Assembly: GCA_964016885.1 (NCBI GenBank)
Contig: OZ024751.1
Location: forward strand, 1,674,001-1,738,000
DNA: 64,000 nucleotides
Source: Eledone cirrhosa
Lineage: Eukaryota
Direction: 5' to 3'
This document shows positions 1 to 13,330 of the stretch, piece by piece. Positions within the stretch are counted from its first letter, which is position 1; every line of letters begins with the position of its first letter. The translations under genes and the position numbers were made by a program. Under the pieces are notes generated by a model. The model made no database searches, was not told where the DNA came from, and was given only the letters and a program-made list of their open reading frames with translations.

Positions 1-2
1 GG

Positions 3-3000
3 TGTTGCTGGTGTTACTGTTGTTGGTGTTGTTGGTGTTACTGCTGTTGGTGTTGTTGGTGTTACTGTTGTTGGTGTTGTTGGTGTTACTCTTGTTGGTG
101 TTATTAGTGTTACTGTTGTTGGTGTTGTTGGTGTTAATGTTGTTGGTGTTGTTGGTGTTACTGTTGTTGGTGTTGTTAGTGTTACTGTTGTTGGTGTTGT
201 TGGTGTTACTGTTGTTGGTGTTGTTGGTCTTACTGTTGTTGGTGATGTTGGTGTTACTGTTGTTGGTGTTGTTGGTTTTACTGTTGTTGGTGTTGTTGGT
301 GTTACTGTTGTTGGTGTTGTTGGTTTTACTGTTGTTGGTGTTGTTGGTGTTACTGTTGTTGGTGTTGTTGGTGTTACTGTTGTTGGTGCTGTTAGTATTA
401 CTGTTGTTGGTGTTGGTGGTGTTACTGTTGTTGGTGTTGTTGGTGTTACTTTTGTTGGTGTTGTTGGTGTTACTGTTGTTGGTGTTGTTAGTGTTACTGT
501 TGTTGGTGTTGTTGGTGTTACTGTTGTTGGTGTTGTTGGTGTTACTGTTGTTGGTGTTGTTGGTGTTACTGTTCTTGGTGTTGTTAGTATTACTGTTGTT
601 GGTGTTGGTGGTGTTACTGTTGTTGGTGTTGTTGGTGTTACTGTTGTTGGTGTTGTTAGTATTACTGTTGTTGGTGTTGGTGGTGTAACTGTTGTTGGTG
701 TTGTTGGTGTTACTGCTGTTGGTGTTGTTGGTGTTACTGTTGTTGGTGTTGTTAGTGTTACTGTTGTTGGTGTTGTTGGTGTTACTGTTGTTGGTGTTGG
801 TGGTGTTGGTGGTGTTACTGTTGTTGGTGTTGTTTGTGTTACTGTTGTTGGTGTTTTTTGTGTTACTGTTGTTGCTGTTGGTGGTGTTACTGTTGTTGGT
901 GTTGTTGGTGTTACTCTTGTTGGTGTTGTTGGTGTTACTGTTGTTGGTGGTGTTGGTGTTACTGTTGTTGGTGTTGTTAGTGTTACTGTTGTTGGTGTTG
1001 TTGGTGTTACTGTTGTTGGTGTTGTTAGTGTTACTGTTGTTGGTGTTGTTTGTGTTATTGTTGTTGGTGTTGGTGGTGTTACTGTTGTTGGTGTTACTGT
1101 TGTTGGTGTTGTTGGTGTTACTGTTGTTGGTGTTGTTGGTGTTACTGTTGTTGGAGGTGTTGGTGTTACTGTTGTTGGTGTTGTTGGTGTTACTGTTATT
1201 GGTGTTGGTGGTGTTACTGTTGTTGGTGTTGTTGGTGTTACTGTTGTTGGTGTTGTTGGTGTTACTGTTGTTGATGTTGTTTGTGTTACTGTTGTTGATG
1301 GTGTTGGTGTTACTGTTGTTGGTGTTGTTAGTGTTACTGTTGTTGGTGATGTTGGTGTTACTGTTGTTGGTGTTGTTAGTGTTACTGTTGTTGTTTTTGT
1401 TGGTGTTACTGTTGTTGGTGTTGTCAGTGTTACTGTTGTTGGTGTTGTTAGTGTTACTGTTGTTGGTGTTGTTGGTGTTACTGTTGTTGGTGTTGTTGGT
1501 CTTACTGTTGTTGGTGATGCTGGTGTTACTGTTGTTGGTGTTGTTGGTTTTACTGTTGTTGGTGTTACTGTTGTTGGTGTTGTTGGTTTTACTGTTGTTG
1601 GTGTTGTTGGTGTTACTGTTGTTGGTGTTGTTGGTGTTACTGTTGTTGGTGTTGTTAGTATTACTGTTGTTGGTGTTGGTGGTGTTACTGTTGTTGGTGT
1701 TGTTGGTGTTACTGTTGTTGGTGTTGTTGGTGTTACTGTTGTTGGTGTTGTTAGTGTTACTGTTGTTGGTGTTGTTGGTGTTACTGTTGTTGGTGTTGTT
1801 GGTGTTACTGTTGTTGGTGTTGTTGGTGTTACTGTTGTTGGTGTTGTTAGTATTACTGTTGTTGGTGTTGGTGGTGTTACTGTTGTTGGTGTTGTTGGTG
1901 TTACTGTTGTTGGTGTTGTTAGTATTACTGTTGTTGGTGTTGGTGGTGTAACTGTTGTTGGTGTTGTTGGTGTTACTGCTGTTGGTGTTGTTGGTGTTAC
2001 TGTTGTTGGTGTTGTTAGTGTTACTGTTGTTGGTGTTGTTGGTGTTACTGTTGTTGGTGTTGGTGGTGTTACTGTTGTTGGTGTTGTTTGTGTTACTGCT
2101 GTTGGTGTTGTTTGTGTTACTGTTGTTGGTGTTGGTGGTGTTACTGTTGTTGGTGTTGTTGGTGTTACTCTTGTTGGTGTTGTTGGTGTTACTGTTGTTG
2201 GTGGTGTTGGTGTTACTGTTGTTGGTGTTGTTAGTGTTACCGTTGTTGGTGTTGTTGGTGTTACTGTTGTTGGTGTTGTTAGTGTTACTGTTGTTGGTGT
2301 TGTTTGTGTTATTGTTGTTGGTGTTGGTGGTGTTACTGTTGTTGGTGTTACTGTTGTTGGTGTTGTTGGTGTTACTGTTGTTGGTGTTGTTGGTGTTACT
2401 GTTGTTGGAGGTGTTGGTGTTACTGTTGTTGGTGTTGTTGGTGTTACTGTTATTGGTGTTGGTGGTGTTACTGTTGTTGGTGTTGTTGGTGTTACTGTTG
2501 TTGGTGTTGTTGGTGTTACTGTTGTTGATGTTGTTTGTGTTACTGTTGTTGATGGTGTTGGTGTTACTGTTGTTGGTGTTGTTAGTGTTACTGTTGTTGG
2601 TGATGTTGGTGTTACTGTTGTTGGTGTTGTTAGTGTTACTGTTGTTGGTGTTGTTGGTGTTACTGTTGTTGGTGTTGTTTGTGTTACTGTTGTTGGTGTT
2701 TTTGGTGTTACTGTTGTTGGTGTTGTTGGTGTTACTGTTGTTGGTGTTGTTGGTGTTACTGCTTTGGTGTTGTTGGGGTTACTGTTGTTGGTGTTGTTGG
2801 TGTTACTGTTGTTGGTGTTGTTGGTGTTACTGTTGTTGGTGTTGGTGGTGTTACTGTTGTTGGTGTTGTTGGTGTTACTGTTATTGGTGTTACTGTTGTT
2901 GGTGTTGGTGGTGTGACTGTTGTTGATGTTGTTGGTGTTACTGTTGTTGGTGTTGTTAGTGTTACTGTTGTTGGTGTTGTTAGTGTTACTGTTGTTGGTG

Positions 3001-5960
3001 TTGTTGGTGTTACTGTTGTTGGTGTTGTTAGTGTTACTGTTGTTAGGTGTTGTTATTGTTACTGTTGTTGGTGTTGCTGGTGTTACTGTTGTTGGTGTTG
3101 TTGGTGTTACTGCTGTTGGTGTTGTTGGTGTTACTCTTGTTGGTGTTGTTGGTGTTACTCTTGTTGGTGTTATTAGTGTTACTGTTGTTGGTGTTGTTAG
3201 TGTTACTGTTGTTGGTGTTGTTGGTGTTAATGTTGTTGGTGTTGTTGGTGTTACTGTTGTTGGTGTTGTTAGTGTTACTGTTGTTGGTGTTGTTGGTGTT
3301 ACTGTTGTTGGTGTTGTTGGTCTTACTGTTGTTGGTGATGTTGGTGTTACTGTTGTTGGTGTTGTTGGTTTTACTGTTGTTGGTGTTGTTGGTGTTACTG
3401 TTGTTGGTGTTGTTGGTTTTACTGTTGTTGGTGTTGTTGGTGTTACTGTTGTTGGTGTTGTTGGTGTTACTGTTGTTGGTGTTGTTAGTATTACTGTTGT
3501 TGGTGTTGGTGGTGTTACTGTTGTTGGTGTTGTTGGTGTTACTGTTGTTGGTGTTGTTGGTGTTACTGTTGTTGGTGTTGTTAGTGTTACTGTTGTTGGT
3601 GTTGTTGGTGTTACTGTTGTTGGTGTTGTTGGTGTTACTGTTGTTGGTGTTGTTGGTGTTACTGTTCTTGGTGTTGTTAGTATTACTGTTGTTGGTGTTG
3701 GTGGTGTTACTGTTGTTGGTGTTGTTGGTGTTACTGTTGTTGGTGTTGTTAGTATTACTGTTGTTGGTGTTGGTGGTGTAACTGTTGTTGGTGTTGTTGG
3801 TGTTACTGCTGTTGGTGTTGTTCGTGTTACTGTTGTTGGTGTTGTTAGTGTTACTGTTGTTGGTGTTGTTGGTGTTACTGTTGTTGGTGTTGGTGGTGTT
3901 GGTGGTGTTACTGTTGTTGGTGTTGTTTGTGATACTGTTGTTGGTGTTTTTTGTGTTACTGTTGTTGGTGTTGGTGGTGTTACTGTTGTTGGTGTTGTTG
4001 GTGTTACTCTTGTTGGTGTTGTTGGTGTTACTGTTGTTGGTGGTGTTGGTGTTACTGTTGTTGGTGTTGTTAGTGTTACTGTTGTTGGTGTTGTTGGTGT
4101 TACTGTTGTTGGTGTTGTTAGTGTTACTGTTGTTGGTGTTGTTTGTGTTATTGTTGTTGGTGTTGGTGGTGTTACTGTTGTTGGTGTTACTGTTGTTGGT
4201 GTTGTTGGTGTTACTGTTGTTGGTGTTGTTGGTGTTACTGTTGTTGGAGGTGTTGGTGTTACTGTTGTTGGTGTTGTTGGTGTTACTGTTATTGGTGTTG
4301 GTGGTGTTACTGTTGTTGGTGTTGTTGGTGTTACTGTTGTTGGTGTTGTTGGTGTTACTGTTGTTGATGTTGTTTGTGTTACTGTTGTTGATGGTGTTGG
4401 TGTTACTGTTGTTGGTGTTGTTAGTGTTACTGTTGTTGGTGATGTTGGTGTTACTGTTGTTGGTGTTGTTAGTGTTACTGTTGTTGGTGTTGTTGGTGTT
4501 ACTGTTGTTGGTGTTTTTGGTGTTACTGTTGTTGGTGTTGTTGGTGTTACTGTTGTTGGTGTTGTTGGTGTTACTGCTTTGGTGTTGTTGGGGTTACTGT
4601 TGTTGGTGTTACTGTTGTTGGTGTTGTTGGTGTTACTGTTGTTGGTGTTGGTGGTGTTACTGTTGTTGGTGTTGTTGGTGTTACTGTTATTGGTGTTACT
4701 GTTGTTGGTGTTGGTGGTGTGACTGTTGTTGGTGTTGTTGGTGTTACTGTTGTTGGTGTTGTTAGTGTTACTGTTGTTGGTGTTGTTAGTGTTACTGTTG
4801 TTGGTGTTGTTGGTGTTACTGTTGTTGGTGTTGTTAGTGTTACTGTTGTTAGGTGTTGTTATTGTTACTGTTGTTGGTGTTGCTGGTGTTACTGTTGTTG
4901 GTGTTGTTGGTGTTACTGCTGTTGGTGTTGTTGGTGTTACTGTTGTTGGTGTTGTTGGTGTTACTGTTGTTGGTGTTATTAGTGTTACTGTTGTTGGTGT
5001 TGTTAGTGTTACTGTTGTTGGTGTTGTTGGTGTTAATGTTGTTGGTGTTGTTGGTGTTACTGTTGTTGGTGTTGTTGGTGTTACTGTTGTTGGTGTTGTT
5101 AGTGTTACTGTTGTTGGTGTTGTTGGTGTTACTGTTGTTGGTGTTGTTAGTGTTACTGTTGTTGGTGTTGTTTTTGTTGGTGTTGGTGGTGTTGGTGTTA
5201 CTGTTGTTGGTGTTGGTGGTCTTACTGTTGTTGGTGTTGTTGGTGTTACTGTTGTTGGTGTTGTTTTTGTTGGTGTTGGTGGTGTTGGTGTTACTGTTGT
5301 TGGTGTTGGTGGTCTTACTGTTGTTGGTGTTGTTGGTGTTACTGTTGTTGGTGTTGTTGGTGTTACTGTTGTTGGTGTTGTTGGTGTTACTGTTGTTGGT
5401 GTTGTTGGTGTTACTGTTGTGGTGTTGTTAGTGTTACTGTTGTTGGTGTTGTTAGTGTTACTGTTGTTGTTTTTGTTGGTGTTACTGTTGTTGGTGTTGT
5501 CAGTGTTACTGTTGTTGGTGTTGTTAGTGTTACTGTTGTTGGTGTTGTTGGTGTTACTGTTGTTGGTGTTGTTGGTCTTACTGTTGTTGGTGATGTTGGT
5601 GTTACTGTTGTTGGTGTTGTTGGTTTTACTGTTGTTGGTGTTGTTGGTGTTACTGTTGTTGGTGTTGTTGGTTTTACTGTTGTTGGTGTTGTTGGTGTTA
5701 CTGTTGTTGGTGTTGTTGGTGTTACTGTTGTTGGTGTTGTTAGTATTACTGTTGTTGGTGTTGGTGGTGTTACTGTTGTTGGTGATGTTGGTGTTACTGT
5801 TGTTGGTGTTGTTAGTGTTACTGTTGTTGGTGTTGTTGGTGTTACTGTTGTTGGTGTTGTTTGTGTTACTGTTGTTGGTGTTTTTGGTGTTACTGTTGTT
5901 GGTGTTGTTGGTGTTACTGTTGTTGGTGTTGTTGGTGTTACTGCTTTGGTGTTGTTGGGG
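3..5960 (-). other. Stop-free minus-strand frame (~1986 codons, no ATG seen) alternating mucin-like (TTPTTVTP)n and (NNTNNSNT)n; coding status unsupported
   Basis: Traced by hand from the TAA at 5961-5963 to the window edge through indels near 5420, 4851, 4576, 3045 and 2761. The openness follows largely from the repeat's composition. Confidence 0.2.
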
Positions 5961-7050
5961 TTACTGTTGTTGGTGTTGTTGGTGTTACTGTTGTTGGTGT
6001 TGTTGTTGTTACTGTTGTTGGTGTTGGTGGTGTTACTGTTGTTGGTGTTGTTGGTGTTACTGTTATTGGTGTTACTGTTGTTGGTGTTGGTGGTGTGACT
6101 GTTGTTGGTGTTGTTGGTGTTACTGTTGTTGGTGTTGTTAGTGTTACTGTTGTTGGTGTTGTTATTGTTACTGTTGTTGGTGTTGTTGGTGTTACTGTTG
6201 TTGGTGTTGTTAGTGTTACTGTTGTTAGGTGTTGTTATTGTTACTGTTGTTGGTGTTGCTGGTGTTACTGTTGTTGGTGTTGTTGGTGTTACTGCTGTTG
6301 GTGTTGTTGGTGTTACTGTTGTTGGTGTTGTTGGTGTTACTGTTGTTGGTGTTATTAGTGTTACTGTTGTTGGTGTTGTTAGTGTTACTGTTGTTGGTGT
6401 TGTTGGTGTTAATGTTGTTGGTGTTGTTGGTGTTACTGTTGTTGGTGTTGTTGGTGTTACTGTTGTTGGTGTTGTTAGTGTTACTGTTGTTGGTGTTGTT
6501 GGTGTTACTGTTGTTGGTGTTGTTAGTGTTACTGTTGTTGGTGTTGTTTTTGTTGGTGTTGGTGGTGTTGGTGTTACTGTTGTTGGTGTTGGTGGTCTTA
6601 CTGTTGTTGGTGTTGTTGGTGTTAATGTTGTTGGTGTTGTTTTTGTTGGTGTTGGTGGTGTTGGTGTTACTGTTGTTGGTGTTGGTGGTCTTACTGTTGT
6701 GGGTGTTGTTGGTGTTACTGTTGTTGGTGTTGTTGGTGTTACTGTTGTTGGTGTTGTTGGTGTTACTGTTGTTGGTGTTGTTGGTGTTACTGTTGTGGTG
6801 TTGTTAGTGTTACTGTTGTTGGTGTTGTTAGTGTTACTGTTGTTGTTTTTGTTGGTGTTACTGTTGTTGGTGTTGTCAGTGTTACTGTTGTTGGTGTTGT
6901 TAGTGTTACTGTTGTTGGTGTTGTTGGTGTTACTGTTGTTGGTGTTGTTGGTCTTACTGTTGTTGGTGATGTTGGTGTTACTGTTGTTGGTGTTGTTGGT
7001 TTTACTGTTGTTGGTGTTGTTGGTGTTACTGTTGTTGGTGTTGTTGGTGT
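4620..7050. repeat. Higher-order tandem duplication, period 1376 bp
   Basis: Markers offset by 1376: +1 'gttaggt' at 4851/6227 and -1 'gttgtggt' at 5419/6795. ORF pairs 4726/6102 and 4853/6229 agree. Confidence 0.88.
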
Positions 7051-7869
7051 TACTGTTGTTGTTGTTGGTGGTGTTACTGTTGTTGGTGTTGTTGGTGTTA
7101 CTGTTGTTGGTGTTGTTAGTATTACTGTTGTTGGTGTTGGTGGTGTAACTGTTGTTGGTGTTGTTGGTGTTACTGCTGTTGGTGTTGTTGGTGTTACTGT
7201 TGTTGGTGTTGTCAGTGTTACTGTTGTTGGTGTTGTTGGTGTTACTGTTGTTGGTGTTGGTGGTGTTACTGTTGTTGGTGTTGTTTGTGTTACTGTTGTT
7301 GGTGTTGTTTGTGTTACTGTTGTTGGTGTTGGTGGTGTTACTGTTGTTGGTGTTGTTGGTGTTACTGTTGTTGGTGTTGTTGGTGTTACTGTTGTTGGTG
7401 GTGTTGGTGTTACTGTTGTTGGTGTTGTTAGTGTTACTGTTGTTGGTGTTGTTGGTGTTACTGTTGTTGGTGTTGTTAGTGTTACTGTTGTTGGTGTTGT
7501 TTGTGTTATTGTTGTTGGTGTTGGTGGTGTTACTGTTGTTGGTGTTACTGTTGTTGGTGTTGTTGGTGTTACTGTTGTTGGTTTTGTTGGTGTTACTGTT
7601 GTTGGAGGTGTTGGTGTTACTGTTGTTGGTGTTGTAGGTGTTACTGTTATTGGTGTTGGTGGTGTTACTGTTGTTGGTGTTGTCGGTGTTACTGTTGTTG
7701 GTGTTGTTGGTGTTACTGTTGTTGATGTTGTTTGTGTTACTATTGTTGATGGTGTTGGTGTTACTGTTGTTGGTGTTGTTAGTGTTACTGTTGTTGGTGA
7801 TGCTGGTGTTACTGTTGTTGGTGTTGTTAGTGTTACTGTTGTTGGTGTTGTTGGTGTTACTGTTGTTGG

Positions 7870-9030
7870 TGTTGTTTGTGTTACTGTTGTTGGTGTTTTT
7901 GGTGTTACTGTTGTTGGTGTTGTTGGTGTTACTGTTGTTGGTGTTGTTGGTGTTACTGCTTTGGTGTTGTTGGGGTTACTGTTGTTGGTGTTGTTGGTGT
8001 TACTGTTGTTGGTGTTGTTGGTGTTACTGTTGTTGGTGTTGGTGGTGTTACTGTTGTTGGTGTTGTTGGTGTTAAGGTTATTGGTGTTACTGTTGTTGGT
8101 GTTGGTGGTGTGACTGTTGTTGGTATTGTTGGTGTTACTGTTGTTGGTGTTGTTAGTGTTACTGTTGTTGGTGTTGTTAGTGTTACTGTTGTTGGTGTTG
8201 TTGGTGTTAATGTTGTTGGTGTTGTTAGTGTTACTGTTGTTAGGTGTTGTTATTGTTACTGTTGTTGGTGTTGCTGGTGTTACTGTTGTTGGTGTTGTTG
8301 GTGTTACTGCTGTTGGTGTTGTTGGTGTTACTGTTGTTGGAGGTGTTGGTGTTACTGTTGTTGGTGTTGTTGGTGTTACTGTTATTGGTGTTGGTGGTGT
8401 TACTGTCGTTGGTGTTGTTGGTGTTACTGTTGTTGGTGTTGTTGGTGTTACTGTTGTTGATGTTGTTTGTGTTACTGTTGTTGATGGTGTTGGTGTTACT
8501 GTTGTTGGTGTTGTTAGTGTTACTGTTGTTGGTGATGTTGGTGTTACTGTTGTTGGTGTTGTTAGTGTTACTGTTGTTGGTGTTGTTGGTGTTACTGTTG
8601 TTGGTGTTGTTTGTGTTACTGTTGTTGGTGTTTTTGGTGTTACTGTTGTTGGTGTTGTTGGTGTTACTGTTGTTGGTGTTGTTGGTGTTACTGCTTTGGT
8701 GTTGATGGGGTTACTGTTGTTGGTGTTGTTGGAGTTACTGTTGTTGGTGTTGTTGGTGTTACTGTTGTTGGTGTTGGTGGTGTTACAGTTGTTGGTGTTG
8801 TTGGTGTTACTGTTATTGGTGTTACTGTTGTTGGTGTTGGTGGTGTGACTGTTGTTGGTGTTGTTGGTGTTACTGTTGTTGGTGTTGATAGTGTTACTGT
8901 TGTTGGTGTTGTTAGTGTTACTGTTGTTGGTGTTGTTAGTGTTACTGTTGTTAGGTGTTGTTATTGTTACTCTTGTTGGTGTTGCTGGTGTTAATGTTGT
9001 TGGTGTTGTTGGTGTTACTGCTGTTGGTGT
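7870..9030. repeat. Local duplication, period 735 bp
   Basis: 'gcttt' at 7958/8693; ORF pairs 7876/8611 and 8117/8852. Confidence 0.75.
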
Positions 9031-10129
9031 TGTTGGTGTTACTGTTGTTGGTGTTGTTGGTGTTACTGTTGTTGGTGTTATTAGTGTTACTGTTGTTGGT
9101 GTTGTTAGTGTTACTGTTGTTGGTGTTGTTGGTGTTAATGATGTTGGTGTTGTTGGTGTTACTGTTGTTGGTGTTGTTGGTGTTACTGTTGTTGGTGTTG
9201 TTAGTGATATTGTTGTTGGTGTTGTTGGTGTTGTTAGTGTTACTGTTGTTGGTGTTGTTTTTGTTGGTGTTGGTGGTGTTGGTGTTACTGTTGTTGGTGT
9301 TGGTGGTCTTACTGTTGTTGGTGTTGTTGGTGTTACTGTTGTTGGTGTTGTTTTTGTTGGTGTTGGTGGTGTTGGTGTTACTGTTGTTGGTGTTGGTGGT
9401 CTTACTGTTGTTGGTGTTGTTGGTGTTACTGTTGTTGGTGTTGTTGGTGTTGCTGTTGTTGGTGTTGTTGGTGTTACTGTTGTTGGTGTTGTTGGTGTTA
9501 CTGTTGTGGTGTTGTTAGTGTTACTGTTGTTGGTGTTGTTAGTGTTACTGTTGTTGTTTTTGTTGGTGTTACTGTTGTTGGTGTTGTCAGTGTTACTGTT
9601 GTTGGTGTTGTTAGTGTTACTGTTGTTGTTGTTGTTGGTGTTACTGTTGTTGGTGTTGTTGGTCTTACTGTTGTTGGTGATGTTGGTGTTACTGTTGTTG
9701 GTGTTGTTGGTTTTACTGTTGTTGGTGTTGTTGGTGTTACTGTTGTTGGTGTTGTTGGTTTTACTGTTGTTGGTGTTGTTGGTGTTACTGTTGTTGGTGT
9801 TGTTGGTGTTACTGTTGTTGGTGTTGTTAGTATTACTGTTGTTGGTGTTGGTGGTGTTACTGTTGTTGGTTTTGTTGGTGATACTGTTGTTGGTGTTGTT
9901 GGTGTTACTGTTGTTGGTGTTGTTAGTGTTACTGTTGTTGGTGTTGTTGGTGTTACTGTTGTTGGTGTTGTTGGTGTTACTGTTGTTGGTGTTGTTGGTG
10001 TTACTGTTGTTGGTGTTGTTAGTATTACTGTTGTTGATGTTGGTGGTGTTACTGTTGTTGGTGTTGTTGGTGTTACTGTTGTAGGTGTTGTTAGTATTAC
10101 TGTTGTTGGTGTTGGTGGTGTAACTGTTG

Positions 10130-13100
10130 TTGGTGTTGTTGGTGTTACTGCTGTTGGTGTTGTTGGTGTTACTGTTGTTGGTGTTGTTAGTGTTACTGTT
10201 GTTGGTGTTGTTGGTGTTACTGTTGTTGGTGTTGGTGGTGTTACTGTTGTTGGTGTTGTTTGTGTTACTGTCGTTGGTGTTGTTTGTGTTACTGTTGTTG
10301 ATGTTGTTTGTGTTACTGTTGTTGATGGTGTTGGTGTTACTGTTGTTGGTGTTGTTAGTGTTACTGTTGTTGGTGATGTTGGTGTTACTGTTGTTGGTGT
10401 TGTTAGTGTTACTGTTGTTGGTGTTGTTGGTGTTACTGTTGTTGGTGTTGTTTGTGTTACTGTTGTTGGTGTTTTTGGTGTTACTGTTGTTGGTGTTGTT
10501 GGTGTTACTGTTGTTGGTGTTGTTGGTGTTACTGCTTTGGTGTTGTTGGGGTTACTGTTGTTGGTGTTGTTGGTGTTACTGTTGTTGGTGTTGTTGGTGT
10601 TACTGTTGTTGGTGTTGGTGGTGTTACTGTTGTTGGTGTTGTTGGTGTTACTGTTATTGGTGTTACTGTTGTTGGTGTTGGTGGTGTGACTGTTGTTGGT
10701 GTTGTTGGTGTTACTGTTGTTGGTGTTGTTAGTGTTACTGTTGTTGGTGTTGTTAGTGTTACTGTTGTTGGTGTTGTTGGTGTTACTGTTGTTGGTGTTG
10801 TTAGTGTTACTGTTGTTAGGTGTTGTTATTGTTACTGTTGTTGGTGTTGCTGGTGTTACTGTTGTTGGTGTTGTTGGTGTTACTGCTGTTGGTGTTGTTG
10901 GTGTTACTGTTGTTGGAGGTGTTGGCGTTACTGTTGCTGGTGTTGTGGGTGTTACTGTTATTGGTGTTGGTGGTGTTACTGTTGTTGGTGTTGTTGGTGT
11001 TACTGTTGTTGGTGTTGTTGGTGTTACTGTTGTTGATGTTGTTTGTGTTACTGTTGTTGATGGTGTTGGTGTTACTGTTGTTGGTGTTGTTAGTGTTACT
11101 GTTGTTGGTGATGTTGGTGTTACTGTTGTTGGTGTTGTTAGTGTTACTGTTGTTGGTGTTGTTGGTGTTACTGTTGTTGGTGTTGATAGTGTTACTGTTG
11201 TTGGTGTTGTTAGTGTTACTGTTGTTGGTGTTGTTGGTGTTACTGTTGTTGGTGTTGTTAGTGTTACTGTTGTTAGGTGTTGTTATTGTTACTGTTGTTG
11301 GTGTTGCTGGTGTTAATGTTGTTGGTGTTGTTGGTGTTGTTTTTGTTGGTGTTGGTGGTGTTGGTGTTACTGTTGTTGGTGTTGGTGGTCTTACTGTTGT
11401 TGGTGTTGTTGGTGTTACTGTTGTTGGTGTTGTTTTTGTTGGTGTTGGTGGTGTTGGTGTTACTGTTGTTGGTGTTGGTGGTCTTACTGTTGTTGGTGTT
11501 GTTGGTGTTACTGTTGTTGGAGTTGTTGGTGTTACTGTTGTTGGTGTTGTTGGTGTTACTGTTGTTGGTGTTGTTGGTGTTACTGTTGTGGTGTTGTTAG
11601 TGTTACTGTTGTTGGTGTTGTTAGTGTTACTGTTGTTGTTTTTGTTGGTGTTACTTTTGTTGGTGTTGTCAGTGTTACTGTTGTTGGTGTTGTTAGTGTT
11701 ACTGTTGTTGTTGTTGTTGGTGTTACTCTTGTTGGTGTTGTTGGTCTTACTGTTGTTGGTGATGTTGGTGTTACTGTTGTTGGTGTTGTTGGTTTTACTG
11801 TTGTTGGTGTTGTTGGTGTTACTGTTGTTGGTGTTGTTGGTTTTACTGTTGTTGGTGTTGTTGGTGTTACTGTTGTTGGTGTTGTTGGTGTTACTGTTGT
11901 TGGTGTTGTTAGTATTACTGTTGTTGGTGTTGGTGGTGTTACTGTTGTTGGTTTTGTTGGTAAATACTGTTGTTGGTGTTGTTGGTGTTACTGTTGTTGG
12001 TGTTTTTAGTGTTACTGTTGTTGGTGTTGTTGGTGTTACTGTTGTTGGTGTTGTTGGTGTTACTGTTGTTGGTGTTGTTGGTGTTACTGTTGTTGGTGTT
12101 GTTAGTATTACTGTTGTTGGTGTTGGTGGTGTTACTGTTGTTGGTGTTGTTGGTGTTACTGCTGTTGGTGTTGTTGGTGTTACTGTTGTTGGTGTTGTTA
12201 GTGTTACTGTTGTTGGTGTTGTTGGTGTTACTGTTGTTGGTGTTGGTGGTGTTACTGTTGTTGGTGTTGTTTGTGTTACTGTCGTTGGTGTTGTTTGTGT
12301 TAATGTTGTTGATGTTGTTTGTGTTACTGTTGTTGATGGTGTTGGTGTTACTGTTGTTGGAGTTGTTAGTGTTACTGTTGTTGGTGATGTTGGTGTTACT
12401 GTTGTTGGTGTTGTTAGTGTTACTGTTGTTGGTGTTGTTGGTGTTACTGTTGTTGGTGTTGTTTGTGTTACTGTTGTTGGTGTTTTTGGTGTTACTGTTG
12501 TTGGTGTTGTTGGTGTTACTGTTGTTGGTGTTGTTGGTGTTACTGCTTTGGTGTTGTTGGGGTTACTGTTGTTGGTGTTGTTGGTGTTACTGTTGTTGGT
12601 GTTGTTGGTGTTACTGTTGTTGGTGTTGGTGGTGTTACTGTTGTTGGTGTTGTTGGTGTTACTGTTATTGGTGTTACTGTTGTTGGTGTTGGTGGTGTGA
12701 CTGTTGTTGGTGTTGTTGGTGTTACTGTTGTTGGTGTTGTTGGTGTTACTGTTGTTGGTGTTGTTAGTGTTACTGTTGTTGGTGTTGTTGGTGTCACTGT
12801 TGTTGGTGTTGTTAGTGTTACTGTTGTTAGGTGTTGTTATTGTTACTGTTGTTGGTGTTGCTGGTGTTACTGTTGTGGGTGTTGTTGGTGTTACTGCTGT
12901 TGGTGTTGTTGGTGTTACTGTTGTTGGAGGTGTTGGCGTTACTGTTGTTGGTGTTGTTGGTGTTACTGTTATTGGTGTTGGTGGTGTTACTGTTGTTGGT
13001 GTTGTTGGTGTTACTGTTGTTGGTGTTGTTGGTGTTACTGTTGTTGATGTTGTTTGTGTTACTGTTGTTGATGGTGTTGGTGTTACTGTTGTTGGTGTTG

Positions 13101-13330
13101 TTAGTGTTACTGTTGTTGGTGATGTTGGTGTTACTGTTGTTGGTGTTGTTAGTGTTACTGTTGTTGGTGTTGTTGGTGTTACTGTTGTTGGTGTTGATAG
13201 TGTTACTGTTGTTGGTGTTGTTAGTGTTACTGTTGTTGGTGTTGTTGGTGTTATTGTTGTTGGTGTTGTTAGTGTTACTGTTGTTAGGTGTTGTTATTGT
13301 TACTGTTGTTGGTGTTGCTGGTGTTAATGC
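10130..13330. repeat. Higher-order tandem duplication, period 2011 bp
   Basis: 'gcttt' at 10534/12545; both copies share the rare 'ggcgtt' and 'gatagt' variants; ORF pairs 10452/12463, 10820/12831 and 11277/13288. Confidence 0.88.

Noticed and set aside
3040-3050. TTAGG/TTAGGG canonical telomere motif
   Set aside because: 'ttagg' occurs only as an isolated 1-bp insertion variant and never in tandem.
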